The position numbers and the translations under genes are program-made. 64,000 nt of DNA from an uncultured Acidobacteriota bacterium. GTDB taxonomy: Bacteria > Acidobacteriota > Thermoanaerobaculia > Multivoradales > JAHEKO01. The notes under the pieces were generated by a model that saw only the letters and a program-made list of their open reading frames with translations, was not told where the DNA came from and did not search any database. Of the stretch, positions 32,914-42,943 are shown in pieces. The stretch lies in contig CAVQNG010000003.1 of assembly GCA_963713825.1 (NCBI GenBank), positions 896,001 to 960,000 of the forward strand. Direction: 5' to 3'. Position 1 is the first letter of the stretch; every line of letters begins with the position of its first letter.

Positions 32914-33551
32914 GTCGACCGCGCGTCCTGTTGGCCGATGATCACCGGATCGTGGCCGAAGGCCTGAAGGGAATCCTCACTCCGGAGTTCGAGCTCGTCG
33001 GCATCGTCGAGGACGGCAGGGCGCTAGTCGAAGCGGCACAAAAGACGGCTATCGATGTGATCGTCGCGGATATCGGGATGCCAGAGCTCAACGGCATCGA
33101 TGCCCTGGAGCAGTTGAAGGAACAAGATCCAAATGTAAAGGTCGTCTTCCTGACGATGCACCGGGAAGTGGCTTACGCTAGACGGGCCCTGGAAGCTGGA
33201 GCAGTGGGCTTTGTCCTCAAGCACTCGGCACCCGAGGAGCTGGTGATGGCGATTCGCGCCGCCATCAATGGACAGACGTTCATTTCTCCCGCGATGGCTA
33301 GGGAGGTCCTCGAATCGATGAAGAGCGACCCGGACCTGTCGCAGGATCCGGTCACCTCGCTGACGCCCCGCCAACGAGAAGTCCTGCAGCTTCTCGCGGA
33401 AGGCAAGAGTGCCAAGGAAGCCGCTGCGACTCTCGGTATCTCGGCGCGGACGGTGGAGTTCCACAAGTACGAGATCATGCAGGTGCTGGACATCCACAAC
33501 AGCGCCGAGCTCGTTCATTTCGCGATCAAGCACGGCATTGTCGACATCTGA
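32910..33551 (+). CDS. NarL/LuxR-family response regulator
   Basis: LADDH, ADIGMP, LTMH, VLKHS receiver; LTPRQREVLQLL..GKS.KE..TVEFHK HTH; ATGA overlap with the kinase. Confidence 0.95.
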   Translation: MSRPRVLLADDHRIVAEGLKGILTPEFELVGIVEDGRALVEAAQKTAIDVIVADIGMPELNGIDALEQLKEQDPNVKVVFLTMHREVAYARRALEAGAVGFVLKHSAPEELVMAIRAAINGQTFISPAMAREVLESMKSDPDLSQDPVTSLTPRQREVLQLLAEGKSAKEAAATLGISARTVEFHKYEIMQVLDIHNSAELVHFAIKHGIVDI

Positions 33552-33626
33552 GGCCCCCGGTCGGCCGTCACGGCCCGTTCGAGGCTCCTCTCGGGAGCTT
33601 CTGCCACATCTCGTAGGACGTCGCTG

Positions 33627-33666
33627 CCAGTAGTTTTTCACTGCCAGCCTGGTAGTTCTCCTAGTT
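33627..33666 (+). promoter_or_regulatory. Tandem candidate regulator boxes upstream of receiver-only gene
   Basis: CCAGTAGTTTTTCACTG and CTGGTAGTTCTCCTAGTT, 22 bp apart; similar GTA-N6/7-CTAG boxes at 41761-41777 and 53993-54033. Confidence 0.5.
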
Positions 33667-33715
33667 CACCACCCCGGTGAGGCTCAATAGGCTTCTCTGG
33701 GGGGGGGTGGACTCG

Positions 33716-34192
33716 ATGCCCGAAGACAAAGCGAACTGTGTGCTGCTTGCGGACCGACACCTGGGCTTGACGGCCTCGGTCCGCGGATTACTCGAGACCC
33801 TGTTCGGAACGGTGGTCATGGTAGCCGATGCGCACTCGATGCAGGAGAGCGCACGCCGACTCCAACCCGAGGTGGCGGTGGTCGACCTCTCGCTCACGCG
33901 CGAGTCGAACCTCGACTGGCTGATGGAGCTCCACCGTTCCTGCCCCGAGATCAAGCTGGTCGTGCTCAGCGTCCACGACGAGTCGGCGGTGCAAGCGGCG
34001 GCCAAAGCAGCTGGCGCGGATGGTTATGTGCTCAAACGCGACATTGCCACGGATCTGCTGCCCACCATCGACTCTCTCCTGGCCGGCGATGCCGTGGACA
34101 GGTCGCGGACCAAACACGTCAAAGCTATCGATGAACAACGACAACCAACGTGGCAACGAACTTTCTACCGACAACAAGGAGAAGGAACATGA
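33716..34192 (+). CDS. Stand-alone receiver-domain response regulator (copy 1)
   Basis: CVLLADRH, AVVDLS, VLSVH, VLKRD; no output domain. Confidence 0.85.
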   Translation: MPEDKANCVLLADRHLGLTASVRGLLETLFGTVVMVADAHSMQESARRLQPEVAVVDLSLTRESNLDWLMELHRSCPEIKLVVLSVHDESAVQAAAKAAGADGYVLKRDIATDLLPTIDSLLAGDAVDRSRTKHVKAIDEQRQPTWQRTFYRQQGEGT

Positions 34193-34818
34193 AAAGGACA
34201 ATCTCAACCGGCTTCATCTTCGTCCTGCTGATGGCAGCGGGAAGCGTGCTGTCAGCGGCGGAGTCCCGCTGGATTGTACGTGGCAACTACGTGGTAACGT
34301 GGCCCAGCACGGATTCCTACCAGACCGAGAGTGTAATTGGAGGCATGCCCATCCTCAACGAGCTCAGCCTCGACAAGGGGCAGGGATTCGGGCTCGATAT
34401 CGAGTACATGTTCAGCAGCAGGATCGGAATCCTCGTGTCCGCTATCTTCACCGACATGGAGGGCACGTTTGTCTATGGCATCGAGCCCGGAGAAGAGAGC
34501 GAGCGCGTTAAAGACAACAACACCGTCGACTTCTACACGATCAACGCAGGTGCGAACTATCACTTCACTCCGGAGAGCGCGGTCGACTTTTATGTCGGTG
34601 CTTTCGCGGGTGTCTTCTCCTATGACAGCGTGAAGTTTGTCCTGCCGGAGCTCGAGCAGGAGATCTCGATCAACTTCGACGATCAGTTCTCCTACGGTGT
34701 GACCGCGGGGCTCGACATCCCGTTCGGCGATAGCCCCTGGATGGCAACGCTGGGCGTCAGGTACCTGATCAGCGATCTGAAGGAAGACGGTGGACCGCGC
34801 GAGATCGCCATCGACCCG
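33791..34818 (+). repeat. Near-identical direct repeat A (other copy 41852-42881)
   Basis: Receiver 3' part plus ompW almost base-for-base identical between the copies. Confidence 0.9.
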
Positions 34819-34854
34819 CTCATCGGCTCGATCGGTATCGGTTTTCGGTTCTAG
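34189..34854 (+). CDS. OmpW/OmpA-like small outer-membrane beta-barrel (copy 1)
   Basis: Signal peptide, about 8 amphipathic strands, NYHF.P, DFYVG, IDPL, C-terminal GFRF. Confidence 0.82.
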   Translation: MKRTISTGFIFVLLMAAGSVLSAAESRWIVRGNYVVTWPSTDSYQTESVIGGMPILNELSLDKGQGFGLDIEYMFSSRIGILVSAIFTDMEGTFVYGIEPGEESERVKDNNTVDFYTINAGANYHFTPESAVDFYVGAFAGVFSYDSVKFVLPELEQEISINFDDQFSYGVTAGLDIPFGDSPWMATLGVRYLISDLKEDGGPREIAIDPLIGSIGIGFRF

Positions 34855-34972
34855 AGTTCGAAGTCTGTGAATCCGTTGAGGGCTCGAGGCAATCCGGGGG
34901 CGGGTCATCCTGCCCCCGGCTTCCAGGCCACGCTCCACCTCGGAGATCATTCACAACCATGAAGGAGGAATC

Positions 34973-35584
34973 ATGAAGAACTACGGATCCTTGATATTGG
35001 CCGTCTGTGTGGCGGCAACCCTGTGCCTGGCGTGCTCGGCCGAGCCCGAAACGGCCGAGGCACCCGCTGAGTCCGCGGTGCCTGCAGCTCCGGCACAGGC
35101 CGAGGTTGTGGCGGCTGCCGTGGAGGTCAGCGCGACCGTGACCAGGATCGATCAAGAGACGCGTGAGGTCACCCTGATGCTGGAGGACGGCGAGGAGCTC
35201 AGCCTCGTTGCCGGCGGCGAGGTGGAGAACTTCGCCCAGGTGTCGCAGGGCGACGTCGTCATCGCCACCTACACCGAGGCCCTCGCCTACGAAGTGATAC
35301 CGGATGGCGAGGAGGCCGGACTGGAAACGACAGCCGCAGCCGCGGCCGCCGAACTCGGTGAGATGCCGGCGGCCGTCGCCGGGCGGTCGACCACACTGAC
35401 GGTCACGATCATGGCGATCGACACCGAAGTCCCTTCGGTCACCTTCACGGGTCCTGGCGGCAACACCCGCACGATCCATGTGATGCACCCCGAGAAGCTC
35501 GTCGGCGTGAAAGTCGGGGACTCGGTGGAGATTACCTACGCCAAAGCTCTCGCGCTCAGTGTCGAAAAAACGCCGAAAAACTAA
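34973..35584 (+). CDS. Hypothetical lipoprotein with two OB-fold-like repeats
   Basis: Lipobox CLAC; ATVTRID..TREVTL / VTIMAID...SVTF and V..GD.V..TY repeats. Confidence 0.75.
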   Translation: MKNYGSLILAVCVAATLCLACSAEPETAEAPAESAVPAAPAQAEVVAAAVEVSATVTRIDQETREVTLMLEDGEELSLVAGGEVENFAQVSQGDVVIATYTEALAYEVIPDGEEAGLETTAAAAAAELGEMPAAVAGRSTTLTVTIMAIDTEVPSVTFTGPGGNTRTIHVMHPEKLVGVKVGDSVEITYAKALALSVEKTPKN

Positions 35585-36196
35585 ATTCAAACCGGAATAT
35601 CTGGGACGTCTGTCCCGAGGAGGAGTGAGATGGAAAATGTCAGGGAAGCGATCGGTGACTGGGCGGAGGAAGCGAAGAAGCACGCCGGGTGGCTCGTGGC
35701 ACTGGGGGTAGTGACGATCATCGCGGGTATTCTCGCCATGGCGGCGCCCATGCTCAGCGGCTTCGGTGTCTCGATCATGATCGGCATTGCGTTGTTGATC
35801 GGTGGCGTCGCGCGGACCGTCAGCGCATTCAGTGCGGGCTCGTTCGGCCAGGGAACCCTCGCGTTCCTCGGTGGCATCCTCACCTTCGTAGCGGGTGTGG
35901 TCCTCATCTTCCGGCCCGGCGTCGGGGTGGCGAGCCTGACCCTGGCGCTCGGGATCTACCTGCTGGTGGACGGAGTCTCCGGCACCATCCTCGCATTCCG
36001 CGTAAGGCCGGAGAAGGGATGGGGTTGGATGCTTTTTAGCGGTGCCATGGGCGTGTTGCTGGGGATCATGCTGCTCAAGGAGTGGCCGGTCTCCGGGCTG
36101 TGGGCCGTCGGAATGTTGGTGGGGGTCAACATGCTCTTCGCCGGTTTCTCCATCACTTCCATCGGCTCGGCCGCCCGGGGTGTGGCCAAGCGGCTG
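35372..36196 (+). repeat. Near-identical direct repeat B (other copy 60541-61364)
   Basis: Lipoprotein 3' end plus hdeD match at a constant offset of 25168 bp. Confidence 0.9.
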
Positions 36197-36202
36197 ACAT
36201 AG
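35630..36202 (+). CDS. hdeD: HdeD family acid-resistance membrane protein (DUF308), copy 1
   Basis: Six hydrophobic helices, GW....G..TIIAG...P, GIYLLVDG, GWGW, WP.SGLW..G.LVG.N motifs. Confidence 0.85.
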   Translation: MENVREAIGDWAEEAKKHAGWLVALGVVTIIAGILAMAAPMLSGFGVSIMIGIALLIGGVARTVSAFSAGSFGQGTLAFLGGILTFVAGVVLIFRPGVGVASLTLALGIYLLVDGVSGTILAFRVRPEKGWGWMLFSGAMGVLLGIMLLKEWPVSGLWAVGMLVGVNMLFAGFSITSIGSAARGVAKRLT

Positions 36203-36360
36203 ATCGAGCAGATCCGTCGGGCGCTCGAGCCGAGCGACCGACGGAGGTTTCTTCGCTGGTGTTCATCGAGACGGAGGCGTTAACAGCCAGGAGAACATCG
36301 ACGGGATTGAACTGCGGGGAACCGGGTCCATCGGATCGAGGACTAGAAAGGAGCGTCGCA

Positions 36361-37731
36361 ATGCGTTGCCTCAATGTGGCCTCTCTGACCCTTGGGCTGG
36401 TCTTCGGGCTTTCCGGGATCAGCGCTGGCCAAGTGACTCCCGACCAGATCGCCCGTCTCGGCGGTGACCTGACACCGGTCGGCGCCGAGCGAACCGGCAG
36501 TGCCGACGGAACGATCCCACCCTGGACCGGAGGTTTGGCGCAAACTCTGCCCATCGATCCGGCCGTTGGCTACACTGATCCGTTCGCCGGGGACGCCGTC
36601 CGGTTCACGATCACCTCCGAAAACGCGGAGGAGTACAAGGGACTACTGAGCGACGGGCACCTCGCGCTGCTTGCGCGCGATCCGCGGACCTTCCGCATGC
36701 AGGTCTACCCGACGCGTCGCAGTGCCGCCCATCCCGAGGAGGTGCTTGCCGAGATCCCGAAGCAGGCGCCTCTCGCCCGAACGGAAGGCGACCACGTGCT
36801 CGACATCGGGCGCAGCACGGTGCCGTTCCCAATACCCGCCGACGGCCTCCAGGTGATGTGGAACCACGTCTTCCGCTGGCGAGGCGGGTCGGTGGAGCGG
36901 CAGTTCGTCTGGGCGCCCGTGGACGCCTCCGGGAAATACCCTACTGTGAGGTTCCACCAGAGTATTTCGTTCGATCAACAGGGCTACATGGTCGAGTCGC
37001 GCCCGGGGCGGCTCTACAACGCTACCGGGTACTTCCTGTCTCCGCCGTCGGCGATCGGAATTCGCAGCTCCACCTGGGAGCCGATCGACCCTGTGAGCAA
37101 AGTGCGCGCCCATTGGACTTTTACCCCCCAGACGCTCCACACGCAGCGCCTACCGGCGTACGACTACAGCACCGTCGAGCCGTTCACGGGTGGGACGCGC
37201 ACGGCCGACCAGAATGACGGCTGGAACGGCGCGCCGGATCGCTACGACTGGAAGCTCCTCGGCAAACGTGCGCTGGTCATCGGCTACAACGCCTACAAAC
37301 TGGCCGACCGGGCCCTCCGCTACGTTGACATCATCAGGACCCACCACCTCGACCCCGACCTCCTGCGCTACGAGGTCCACCGGGTTTGGGTGGTCGAGGC
37401 CACGCTCCGAGAGGGCCGTTTTCACCCCTACCACCGCCGCGTCTTCTTCATTGATGAGGATACCTGGCAGGTCGCCCAGGAGGAGGACTACGACAAGAAG
37501 GGGAACCTGGTGCGTTTCGGCGATCACCAGATGATCCAGTTCTACGATGTGATGGTGCCGTGGTACGCCGCCACGATCCACCATGACCTCGCGTCCGGCG
37601 CCTACCTCGTGACCTACCTGAACAACATGGAACCTTTCCCCACGCGCTGGGGTTTCGAGGGCCGGCTGGTGGACTACCTGCCGAGCCGACTGCGCACCCT
37701 GGGCCTCGCGGTGACGGGAGGCAAGCCATGA
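36361..37731 (+). CDS. DUF1329 domain periplasmic protein
   Basis: LTPVGAE..G.ADGTIPPWTGG, YPTRR, PFPIP..G...MWNH, GAPDRYDWKL, RYEVHRVWVVEATL, F.DEDTW motifs. Confidence 0.88.
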   Translation: MRCLNVASLTLGLVFGLSGISAGQVTPDQIARLGGDLTPVGAERTGSADGTIPPWTGGLAQTLPIDPAVGYTDPFAGDAVRFTITSENAEEYKGLLSDGHLALLARDPRTFRMQVYPTRRSAAHPEEVLAEIPKQAPLARTEGDHVLDIGRSTVPFPIPADGLQVMWNHVFRWRGGSVERQFVWAPVDASGKYPTVRFHQSISFDQQGYMVESRPGRLYNATGYFLSPPSAIGIRSSTWEPIDPVSKVRAHWTFTPQTLHTQRLPAYDYSTVEPFTGGTRTADQNDGWNGAPDRYDWKLLGKRALVIGYNAYKLADRALRYVDIIRTHHLDPDLLRYEVHRVWVVEATLREGRFHPYHRRVFFIDEDTWQVAQEEDYDKKGNLVRFGDHQMIQFYDVMVPWYAATIHHDLASGAYLVTYLNNMEPFPTRWGFEGRLVDYLPSRLRTLGLAVTGGKP

Positions 37732-39590
37732 CCTCCCGGAAAGCGACCAAGGATCGCCGGGCGATCCCGGCATGCCTCGTGTTTGCGGTCCTCCTCTCGA
37801 CCCCAGGCATCGGGCGTGCGGGGCAGTTCTCCCTCTTCAAAGGCAAGGTTCTCGGCGTCACGAAGACCACCATCACCATCGGCGCGGCGTGGCGGAGTGC
37901 GAACCCCCACGCGCAGCTCGTCGGCGCCGGCGCCGGTCAGGGCGAGGACCCGGAGCTCCCGGGCGCCTCTGGCGCGGTCGGGGTCAACGACGACGGCAAC
38001 CTGAATTTCGGCAAAAACGACCTCGTGAGCAATCCCATGACCCTGGTCTCGGAGATGACGTTCCGCCACAGCTCCGGCCAGGGCGTTTTCCTTCGTCTGC
38101 GCGCCTGGAACGACATCATGCTGGAAAGCAGAACGATGCCCCACGGCAGCGGTCCCACCCGGTACGTTCAAAACGTGCAGCTCGATGACACGAACTACCT
38201 CAGCGCGGCACAATTCCACGGGATCGATATCTACGATGCGTTCTTCTTCGGGCACTACAAGCTCGGCCAGACGTACCTCGATCTGCGTCTCGGACGACAG
38301 GCGCTCCAGTGGGGCGAGTCCATCCTGTACACGGGGCTCAACGCGCTCAATCCCTACGACGTTGCCTGGCTATCGATTACCGGCGCTCCGGTCCTCAACG
38401 GCGGCCGCCTTCCGGTCAACCGCGTCTACCTCAACCTCGCGACACCGAGCGGATGGACCATCGACGGCTTTTTCAACTTCGAGTTCCGAAGCACCGTCCT
38501 GCCCGGCTGCGGAACCTACTTCAGCACCCTCGACAACGGGATGCACCCGGGATGCAACGTGGCCACCGCCCTGGGAGTGCCGGACGCCACGGCAAACATC
38601 ATCCGCACCCGGAACTTCTACAACGGCAGGCTCTACGCGGGCGGCGTCTTTCCGGAGGGCGGCCCCGATGCCATGGACGCCTCGACGGCGCCGTCCCGAT
38701 GGAGCGGATACGGGATCTCGGCGCACAGATTCGTCGAGTCGCTCGACACAAACTTCGGTTTCTACTATGCCAGTTATACGAACCCCACGCCCGTCGCCGC
38801 CCCGGTCGTCGGCACAAACCCGCTCGACTTTGCCATGAACACCATGTTCGTCGAAGAGGACGTCAAGGTCCTCGGGGTGAGCGCCGCGACCGGAGTGCGG
38901 AACCTGGCGCTGTTCGGGCAGCTCACTTACTCCATGGACCTGCCCTCCCAGAGGAACGCGCCGGCGTTCATCGAGGGCTCGCTTTCGGGCACGGGGCCGT
39001 ACGGGTGGATGCAGGAGTACGTCAACAAGGAGGCTCCGGGCTACTACCCGCTCGACGTGGCACAGCTACAGCTCGGCGGGACCTGGCAGTTCGGCGAATT
39101 CCTCCACCTCTCGGACGCGAAGCTCACCTTCGAGACCAACATGCAGTACGCGACCAACCACCCCGGGCTAGAGGGGCCGAACGCCGAGCGGCTCGGGCGC
39201 TACGGCAACTTCGGCGCCGCTGACTGGGACCAACAGGGGTACGTCTGCGATCCCGGGCCCCTCGACAACGGAGTCGTCAACAGGTGCGAGGTCGACGGGT
39301 TTGTGACGGATTTCTCAGTGGGATACAAGCTCCGGGCGCAGACTACCATTCCGAAGGTCGGCCCGGGCCTGACCGTTATCCCGGTGCTCGTCTTCAACCA
39401 CGACCTCTACGGCTTTTCGCCCGACGGCGCGATCCTCGAGGGACGGCTCTCGCTCTCGGCCTTCCTGAGGGTGCTTCTGCGTCAGAAGTACTACGTCGAA
39501 ACGGGCCTCGTCCTGTTCGACCGGGGCGCGGACTGGGATCCCATGGCGGACCGCGGGCAGTACTCTTTGGTATTTGGAATCAACCTGTAG
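37728..39590 (+). CDS. DUF1302 family outer-membrane protein
   Basis: NDDGNLNF, RLGRQ..WGES, LPGCGTYFS, C-terminal DR..YS..FG motif; signal peptide. Confidence 0.85.
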   Translation: MTSRKATKDRRAIPACLVFAVLLSTPGIGRAGQFSLFKGKVLGVTKTTITIGAAWRSANPHAQLVGAGAGQGEDPELPGASGAVGVNDDGNLNFGKNDLVSNPMTLVSEMTFRHSSGQGVFLRLRAWNDIMLESRTMPHGSGPTRYVQNVQLDDTNYLSAAQFHGIDIYDAFFFGHYKLGQTYLDLRLGRQALQWGESILYTGLNALNPYDVAWLSITGAPVLNGGRLPVNRVYLNLATPSGWTIDGFFNFEFRSTVLPGCGTYFSTLDNGMHPGCNVATALGVPDATANIIRTRNFYNGRLYAGGVFPEGGPDAMDASTAPSRWSGYGISAHRFVESLDTNFGFYYASYTNPTPVAAPVVGTNPLDFAMNTMFVEEDVKVLGVSAATGVRNLALFGQLTYSMDLPSQRNAPAFIEGSLSGTGPYGWMQEYVNKEAPGYYPLDVAQLQLGGTWQFGEFLHLSDAKLTFETNMQYATNHPGLEGPNAERLGRYGNFGAADWDQQGYVCDPGPLDNGVVNRCEVDGFVTDFSVGYKLRAQTTIPKVGPGLTVIPVLVFNHDLYGFSPDGAILEGRLSLSAFLRVLLRQKYYVETGLVLFDRGADWDPMADRGQYSLVFGINL

Positions 39591-39699
39591 TGGCGACGTG
39601 CGCTGGAGATAGACCAGTTGCGCCGCGGTGTCGAATCGATTCGCTTTACCACAACCAGCGGCGGCTGAACCGCCGAAACCGAAGAAGGAGAGGACAGAG

Positions 39700-41106
39700 A
39701 TGAAAAAGTTTCAAAGACTCGTGCTGGCCGCCATCGCAGTGGCCATCCTGGCGACTGGAACCGGCGTCGGGGCTGCGGATCTGTCGCCCGAGGAGGCAAA
39801 GATCATGGCCGTCGAGGCGTACATCTACACCTACCCGCTGGTCACCATGGACGTGACGCGCCGGGTGATGAGCAACGTGCCGGTCGGGGTGAAGACGGGC
39901 GCCGGTCCCATGGGCATGTTCCACCACTTCCGGACGTATCCGACGGCCGACTTCCGGGACGTGGTCCGGCCGAACTTCGACACGCTGTACTCGGTGGCCT
40001 GGCTCGACCTGACCAGCGAGCCGATGGTCGTCTCCGTACCGGACTCGGGCGGCCGCTACTACCTGCTGCCGCTGTACGACATGTGGACCGACGCCTACGC
40101 CGTGCCGGGAAAGCGCACGAGCGGCACCGCGGCCCACGACTACGCGGTCACGCCGAAGGGCTGGAAGGGGAAGCTGCCGGCGGGCCTGGAGCAGATCGAG
40201 TCGCCGACGGCCTACAACTGGATCATCGGCCGCACCCAGACGAACGGCCCGGCGGACTACGCTGCGGTCAACACGTTCCAGGACGGCTTTAAGGTGACGC
40301 CGCTCTCGCAGTGGGGCAAGCCAGTGGTCGCGCCGGCCGCCTTTACCCCGGACCCGACGGTGGACATGAAGACAAACCCGCTCAACCAGGTCAACGCCAT
40401 GACCGGTGACAAGTACTTCGCCTATGCCGCGGAGCTGATGAAGCTGCACAAGCCCCACCTCACCGACTGGTCGGTGGTGGCCCGCATGACGCGGCTGGGA
40501 ATCGTCGCGGGCCAGAGCCTCGACATCGCCAAGGCCGGCCCGGTGGTCCGCCAGGCCCTCCTCGACGCGCCGGCCACCGCACTGAAGCTGATGCAGACTT
40601 ATGCACCGAACATGGGCAAGACCGTCAACGGCTGGCAGATGTACACCGACACGATGGGTGTCTACGGCGACTTCTACTTCAAGCGCGCCGTCATCTCGAT
40701 GATCGGCCTGGGCGCCAACCAGGTCGCCGACGCGATCTACCCCCTCGCCGCGGCCGACGCCGACGGCAAGCCCCTAGACGGCAACAACGACTACGTCATC
40801 CACTTCTCGAAGGAGGAGCTGCCTCCGGTGGACGCGTTCTGGTCGATCACGATGTACGACGCCGAGGGCTTCCAGGTCGCCAACCCGCTCAACCGCTTCG
40901 CCATCGGCGACCGCGACGCCCTGAAGTACAACGAGGACGGCTCGCTCAGCATCTACATGCAGAACGCCTCGCCGGGCGCCGACAAGGAGTCGAACTGGCT
41001 GCCGGCGCCAAAGGGTGCTCTGGGCATCACGATGCGGCTCTACGCTCCCAAGATCGACGTGGCGGCCGGTCGCTGGGTGCCGCCGCCGATCACGCGGGTG
41101 GATTGA
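39700..41106 (+). CDS. DUF1254/DUF1214 domain exported protein
   Basis: AYIY.YPLV, VVRPNFDTLYS.AWLDL, GRTQTNG, PPVDAFWSITMYD, NWLPAP, MRLY.P motifs. Confidence 0.9.
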   Translation: MKKFQRLVLAAIAVAILATGTGVGAADLSPEEAKIMAVEAYIYTYPLVTMDVTRRVMSNVPVGVKTGAGPMGMFHHFRTYPTADFRDVVRPNFDTLYSVAWLDLTSEPMVVSVPDSGGRYYLLPLYDMWTDAYAVPGKRTSGTAAHDYAVTPKGWKGKLPAGLEQIESPTAYNWIIGRTQTNGPADYAAVNTFQDGFKVTPLSQWGKPVVAPAAFTPDPTVDMKTNPLNQVNAMTGDKYFAYAAELMKLHKPHLTDWSVVARMTRLGIVAGQSLDIAKAGPVVRQALLDAPATALKLMQTYAPNMGKTVNGWQMYTDTMGVYGDFYFKRAVISMIGLGANQVADAIYPLAAADADGKPLDGNNDYVIHFSKEELPPVDAFWSITMYDAEGFQVANPLNRFAIGDRDALKYNEDGSLSIYMQNASPGADKESNWLPAPKGALGITMRLYAPKIDVAAGRWVPPPITRVD

Positions 41107-41287
41107 TTGGTGACCGGGTGAAACTACGCCGACCAGTTTCGACGGATTCCGAGGTCACAGCCCTGTGAGTCCGAACTTCTATCGCTCGACAACCGATGGG
41201 GCAGACCTTTTCGGAGAACCCCGACGACATGAACACGAAGGAGAATAGACAACAAAGACGATTGCATCCTGGATGATGGCCGCCTGT

Positions 41288-41590
41288 GATCGAGGAGGAC
41301 GCCTATCTGGTCAAGATCTATCCCCCTCCTTCGACGAGTATCTGGGGATCGGCGCTGAGGTACCCTCTCCTCCTCGACCACCTCGACAGGGGGCGTCGCG
41401 GTCTGCTGTCGAGTGCGGTCCGTATTGGCCAGGCTCAGTCCGGCCTGCGCCTCTACCCTCCTCCTCCGCACATTTTCCTCTCGATGAGACACCGCGCCAG
41501 CGAGAATCCGTGAAGAGCAGCATCTGCAGCCAGGCTCAAGCGCTCCACACGCTCTCGCAAGGTCAGTTCTTGGTGTTGCCGGGCAAGTGC
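41288..41590 (+). pseudogene. Fragmented remnant of a paralog of the large exported protein at 61586-64000
   Basis: IEEDAYLVKIYPP vs LEGDSYLIKLYPPQ; FDEYLGIGAEVP vs FDEYLGVGAKVP; ESVKSSI vs ENVKASI; QFLVLPGK vs YFVLLSGR. Confidence 0.6.
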
Positions 41591-41821
41591 GTTTATCAAG
41601 ACCTGCGCAACCAGTTGCAGCCGCTTCACCAGCTCCTCGAACCCGAGAGGCCTCTCGAGGTGGCCGCCAGGAGGAGGCTCTGGCTCGAACCTCGCGGATG
41701 CCGCTCGGACGTCACCCGTGGGTCGATACTCGCATATCGTCCCGCAGAGCCTAGCAGAGCCCGTAGTTTTCCTAGTTCACAGCTGCTTCGAGTCCGAATA
41801 GCCTCAAGCGAGGGAAAAGCA

Positions 41822-42196
41822 ATGGGAGACCAGATTCCAGCTTGTGTACTCCTCGAGACCCTGTTCGGAACGGTGGTCATGGTAGCCGATGCGCACTCGA
41901 TGCAGGAGAGCGCACGCCGACTCCAACCCGAGGTGGCGGTGGTCGACCTCTCGCTCACGCGCGAGTCGAACCTCGACTGGCTGATGGAGCTCCACCGTTC
42001 CTGCCCCGAGATCAAGCTGGTCGTGCTCAGCGTCCACGACGAGTCGGCGGTGCAAGCGGCGGCCAAAGCAGCTGGCGCGGATGGTCATGTGCTCAAACGC
42101 GACATTGCCACGGATCTGCTGCCCACCATCGACTCTCTCCTGGCCGGCGATGCCGTGGACAGGTCGCGGACCAATCTACGTCAAAGCTATCGATGA
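41822..42196 (+). pseudogene. Receiver-only regulator copy 2 with in-frame deletion of the acidic pocket
   Basis: MGDQIPACVLL joins directly to ETLFGTVV; ADRHLGLTASVRGLL of copy 1 is missing. Confidence 0.75.
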
Positions 42197-42250
42197 ACAA
42201 CGACAACCAACGTGGCAACGAACTTTCTACCGACAACAAGGAGAAGGAAC

Positions 42251-42917
42251 ATGAAAAGGACAATCTCAACCGGCTTCATCTTCGTCCTGCTGATGGCAGC
42301 GGGAAGCGTGCTGTCAGCGGCGGAGTCCCGCTGGATTGTACGTGGCAACTACGTGGTAGACGTGGCCCAGCACGGATTCCTACCAGACCGAGAGTGTAAT
42401 TGGAGGCATGCCCATCCTCAACGAGCTCAGCCTCGACAAGGGGCAGGGATTCGGGCTCGATATCGAGTACATGTTCAGTAGCAGGATCGGAATCCTCGTG
42501 TCCGCTATCTTCACCGACATGGAGGGCACGTTTGTCTATGGCATCGAGCCCGGAGAAGAGAGCGAGCGCGTCAAAGACAACAACACCGTCGACTTCTACA
42601 CGATCAACGCAGGTGCGAACTATCACTTCACTCCGGAGAGCACGGTCGACTTCTATGTCGGTGCTTTCGCGGGTGTCTTCTCCTATGACAGCGTGAAGTT
42701 TGTGCTGCCGGAGCTCGAGCAGGAGATCTCGATCAACTTCGACGATCAGTTCTCCTACGGTGTGACCGCGGGGCTCGACATCCCGTTCGGCGATAGCCCC
42801 TGGATGGCAACGCTGGGCGTCAGGTACCTGATCAGCGATCTGAAGGAAGACGGTGGACCGCGCGAGATCGCCATCGACCCGATCATCGGCACGATCGGCA
42901 TTGGTCTTCGCTTCTAG
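42251..42917 (+). CDS. OmpW-like outer-membrane protein (copy 2), +1 frameshift near 42359
   Basis: GTGGTAGACGTGG vs GTGGTAACGTGG in copy 1; otherwise near-identical until the last strand. Confidence 0.8.
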
Positions 42918-42943
42918 AACCAGACAAACTGGAGGACTCAGCA

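Noticed and set aside
33697-33710. Poly-G tract upstream of the receiver gene as a phase-variable switch
   Set aside because: Single tract, not conserved before the paralogous receiver genes; homopolymer length is unreliable in this assembly.
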